A DNA stretch of 64,000 nucleotides from the human T2T-CHM13v2.0 reference genome, Homo sapiens: NCBI RefSeq assembly GCF_009914755.1, contig NC_060936.1. The stretch is one strand, 5' to 3'. A program made the translations under genes and the position numbers. The notes beneath the pieces are model-generated. The model had not been told where the DNA came from and did no database searches. It was given only the letters and a program-made list of their open reading frames with translations. Every line of letters starts with the position of its first letter. The stretch's first letter is position 1. This document shows positions 52,264-64,000 of the stretch, piece after piece.

Positions 52264-52592
52264 CAGTCATGTGTTGCTTAACAATGGGGACACATTCTGA
52301 GAAATGCATCATTGGGCATCCTTGTGCAGACATCAGTGTCCTCACATAAACCAAGATGGCAATAGCCTACAACACCCCTAGGCTATATGGGATAGCCTAC
52401 TGTTCCAAGGCAACAAACTTATACAGCGTGTGACGGTACTGAATGCCGTGGGCAACTGTAATACAATGGTAAGAATCTGTGCATCTAAATATAGAAAAGG
52501 TACAAAAAAATATGGTATCATAATCTTTTGGGACCACCATCATATATGCAGTCTGTGGTTGACCGAAACGTCCTTGTGTGACATATGGCTGT
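52264..52592 (+). mobile_element. Tigger3a-type DNA transposon
   Basis: Begins ta-cagtcatgtgttgcttaacaatgggga and ends with the degenerate inverted repeat ...acatatggctg-ta. Confidence 0.75.
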
Positions 52593-55015
52593 ATTTGTCT
52601 TTGGATTATCTCGTCTGATCCCATTCCATTCCAATTCTGGTTAGTATAATATAGCAAGTATTAATGAAAATGATTCAGAACCAAATATCCAGGCTTTTTA
52701 TGTGTATTTTTTTGGTATTGAGGGGTTTTGAAATATAGACAGAGGTTTTACAACTTTTAAAAGAAAATTTTTTTAAAACTTTTATTAGCAAATAATTAGC
52801 TAAAAACTGAAGCTTCCCTTTCAAACAGGCTATTGTTAATAAACTGTTCCTCTGCCATGTTTTTGTTGGTGAGAGAGGCAGGCAAAAGAGTGGGATGGGG
52901 GCAAGGCAGAAGGCCTTCATGCATTTCAATAATTAAGTCTAAACAGTTACCTCTAAGAACTGTTTTAAAAAAAACATTTTTAGTTGATAATAATTTTAGT
53001 TAAATGCTTGGGAATTTGATGTCTTTGAGAGGAAGAAAAATGAGGAAGTACCCTCTACACAGTCATAAGAAAAGATCTAGAGAGGCCTGCTCAAATGAGG
53101 CAGATTTTTTTTTCTCAATCCAACAACAAACCCATATGATAACTGAAAAGAAAATCCTGAAGAAAATGGTCGCATGTTGCTTTGGAAAAAACAATGTCAA
53201 ATGACAGAAGATTGCAGAAACAAGAAAGCAGAGTAGCAGTTATTGCTTTAATTTGTGTATTCCTGTTTTAAGGCAAAATGTTAATACGGCCCTCGTCCTC
53301 ACACCACCCTGCGCTCTTCTCCAAACTCGCCCAACAGCTTGCATTACCATCAAGAAGGTCAGAGAACAGTTCCTCTAATACTCTCCAACTTCATCCATAA
53401 CTCTTGGAAACTTCAGCCTCCCTTCTCAGCAAGGACAAAAGAAGCAGAGCAAAAAAGGCCAGTTCATTCCATTAATACACAGACCAAATCCTATTACGAC
53501 AGACAGATTCCTATCTCTACCCTCACCATCTCTTTCCCTTCCCCCAAATAAACAAGTCCTCAAAGCTATCAGCATTCAGCTCATCTCTAGGATGTGAACT
53601 ACCTTCACTGAGGTTGGATTTGACCAAGACGCCATAGTTTGTGCCAGTTACCACACTGCTAAGCTGTTAAGGATGTTAGGGTTATAGGTGAATATTGAGG
53701 CTTTCTTTTTAATCAGCAGCCATTGTGAATTAAGTGTTCCTCTTCAATGATTTTTTTCTGCTGGTGGGGACCTCCACAAAACTTACCCAGCACCCCTAGC
53801 AAGACATTCCAGTCATAAGCTGAGGAATATTCTTCTTAGACATAGGGGAGAATAGGCTGATGTCTTAGGATTCATAATCCATTTTCATATAGTTCCGTGA
53901 CCTTACTTTTGTCCTGACAAAATTATTCTGCCTGAACATCTGAGAGGGATCTAAATCCTAGGGCTTACCCTCTCCTAGGCAATGCTCAGTGAGAAATGCA
54001 ATGAGGTGGCAGACACCTGTCCTTATGCAACACACAAGGAGCATGTGAACCTTTTAATGGATGACAACTTAATAAACCTATTAAGCCTTTTCTGAGCTTA
54101 TCCTCACACTTAAGAGGCACCTGGGAATCTGCAGCAAATACACAGGGGTTTCATTTCGGGCTTTGTTTACAACAACCAAGTTAAGCAGTGGTTGGTGTTT
54201 AACCATTTCAAGGTTTGGGAAGCCCTGAGATTAACTGAAATTATTTCCAAAAATCTACAAACCCATGAAATGTTTAAAAAAACAACAAAAAAAAAACACT
54301 ACTTAATCCCTAGAGCAAAACCAAGGACATAAAATGGTCTCTGAAACCAAGTTACTTTATATATTTAACAAAGTACTGGGTGGGCGTGGCATAACTTGAT
54401 TTTAAACTGGAGATTTGTTTTTTCAAGCAATCTGGTGGTTCTTTAGAATACTGCTTTCCTAGTACCAAATTTGTGCAATATTAAATGATTCCTCCAGTAC
54501 AATCTATCTTATTTGTTCAAATGACACCATCAGCTATGAAACTATCTGTGAATTTTGCCTCTATTCTCATAGGCATCATATCACTCAGCACTATGTTTTA
54601 AAGGAAGAAAGGTAATACTATCTGCTTTCTAATTGATTAATAGTTACAGCTGAGAACAGACCCCATACAATCTCATCCTTAACCATGTGTTTGGGGAAAG
54701 AAGAGGAAAATTAAGCTGTGAGATAAAGCCAAAAATCAAGAAAAACTTAAAATACTGATTATGAACTGTCATTCGTCTTCTAAAATTAAATAGTGGTATG
54801 GTTGCAAAATTCTGAGTATACTAAAAGCCACTGAATTGTACACATTACAAGAGTGAATCTTATGGTATATAAATGAGTGAATTTTATGGTACGTGAAAGA
54901 TCTCAGTAAGCCTGTTTTTGAGATATTTAAAAATAAAAATAACTGAGTTAGGAATTCACTTGTCTTTATCATCTTTGTAAACTCATCATCTCGGATGCCA
55001 GTCTCATACTAGCTG

Positions 55016-55764
55016 TGTCAACCCAAATTGAGAGACCAAGATGGGAATCTCAATCAAACAAAGTTTATCAGGCCGAGCTTGAGGATGTGCGCCCAGGAAG
55101 CACAGGTTCCAATAGGTTATAACCTGTGTTTCAAAGCAGATTACACGAGGCACGGTATTCATACATTTTTTTAAACAGGGGGATACCTGCAGTACAGTGA
55201 AGCAACAATTACACTCTTGTCGATTTGACTGGTATTCAGTGATGTTACACATAAGGTAAAGTAAGTATGTGGCTGAGCGGGTAGGAGAGAAGGATTAATA
55301 ATTGTGTAGGCATCTCAGGGTCTGGCGGAAGGATGATTGATTCCATCCTGCCTTTGTTCTATATCTGATACACAAGTTTACAACCAGTACCTGTTAGTAA
55401 AATATTTAACAAACTCCAGTTACAAATGCACAAAGGGTCAGCCTTAGTTAATAGGCCATGGTTTTATTACCCATATGTCCAAACTGCAGCCATCTTGGCT
55501 CACTTTTCTCTTTTCTTCTGACACTATCATCAATCATCTATCTGTCTATCTACAATATGTTTTCTTAAGGTCCCTGAAATAGAAAAAAAAAATCATTTCA
55601 AGATGTTTTTCAAGATTTGAGGGGTTACAGTTAAAACATGCCTATTTATGGGAGGTTCTAACACTGATCTAACTGACATAGCTGCCTTTGCACGTACACA
55701 TTCTTCAGCCAGAACAAATATTTAGAAGAGGCTGTGTCAACCCATTTTTCCTTGTATTTCCACA
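55016..55764 (-). mobile_element. ERV1-type LTR sequence: 3' LTR start at 55764 next to the PPT; TG...CA-bounded segment 55016-55523
   Basis: Minus-strand PPT aaaagggggaaaa (55777-55765) directly precedes TGTGG. 55523-55016 runs TGTCAG...gataaactttgtttgattgag...ttgaca. Unresolved whether this is one LTR or two. Confidence 0.6.

Positions 55765-64000
<8,236 letters not shown>

Overview
Alu-rich primate genomic DNA, most likely human; recalled gene identity would place it at the 12p11.21 SINHCAF/FAM60A locus. The one protein-coding gene is SINHCAF on the minus strand. Five coding exons (50607-50734, 47764-47863, 46335-46461, 40164-40314, 35244-35403) have canonical GT-AG junctions and sum to 666 nt (221 aa plus stop). 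A ~2.1 kb 3'UTR ends near 33120; exon 1 and the promoter are not evident and probably lie beyond the right end. The first 7 kb holds an ancient NUMT (ND6-tRNA-Glu-CYTB), an ERVL/LTR16 remnant, a Tigger2 fossil, and RPL13A and MREG processed pseudogenes. The intergenic middle is mostly Alu, L1, MaLR and DNA-transposon debris, with a 5'-inverted L1PA and a strong candidate CTCF site. From 55.0 kb to the end lies a decayed class I provirus (gag-pro-pol-env-PPT-LTR) in the same orientation as SINHCAF. It carries an EnvV-like env remnant, a U13 snoRNA retrocopy and a locally templated ~165 bp insertion inside an Alu. I found no convincing novel multi-gene biological system; the notable observations are molecular-fossil and genome-mechanics features. 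Repeat boundaries and family names come from visual recognition and are approximate.
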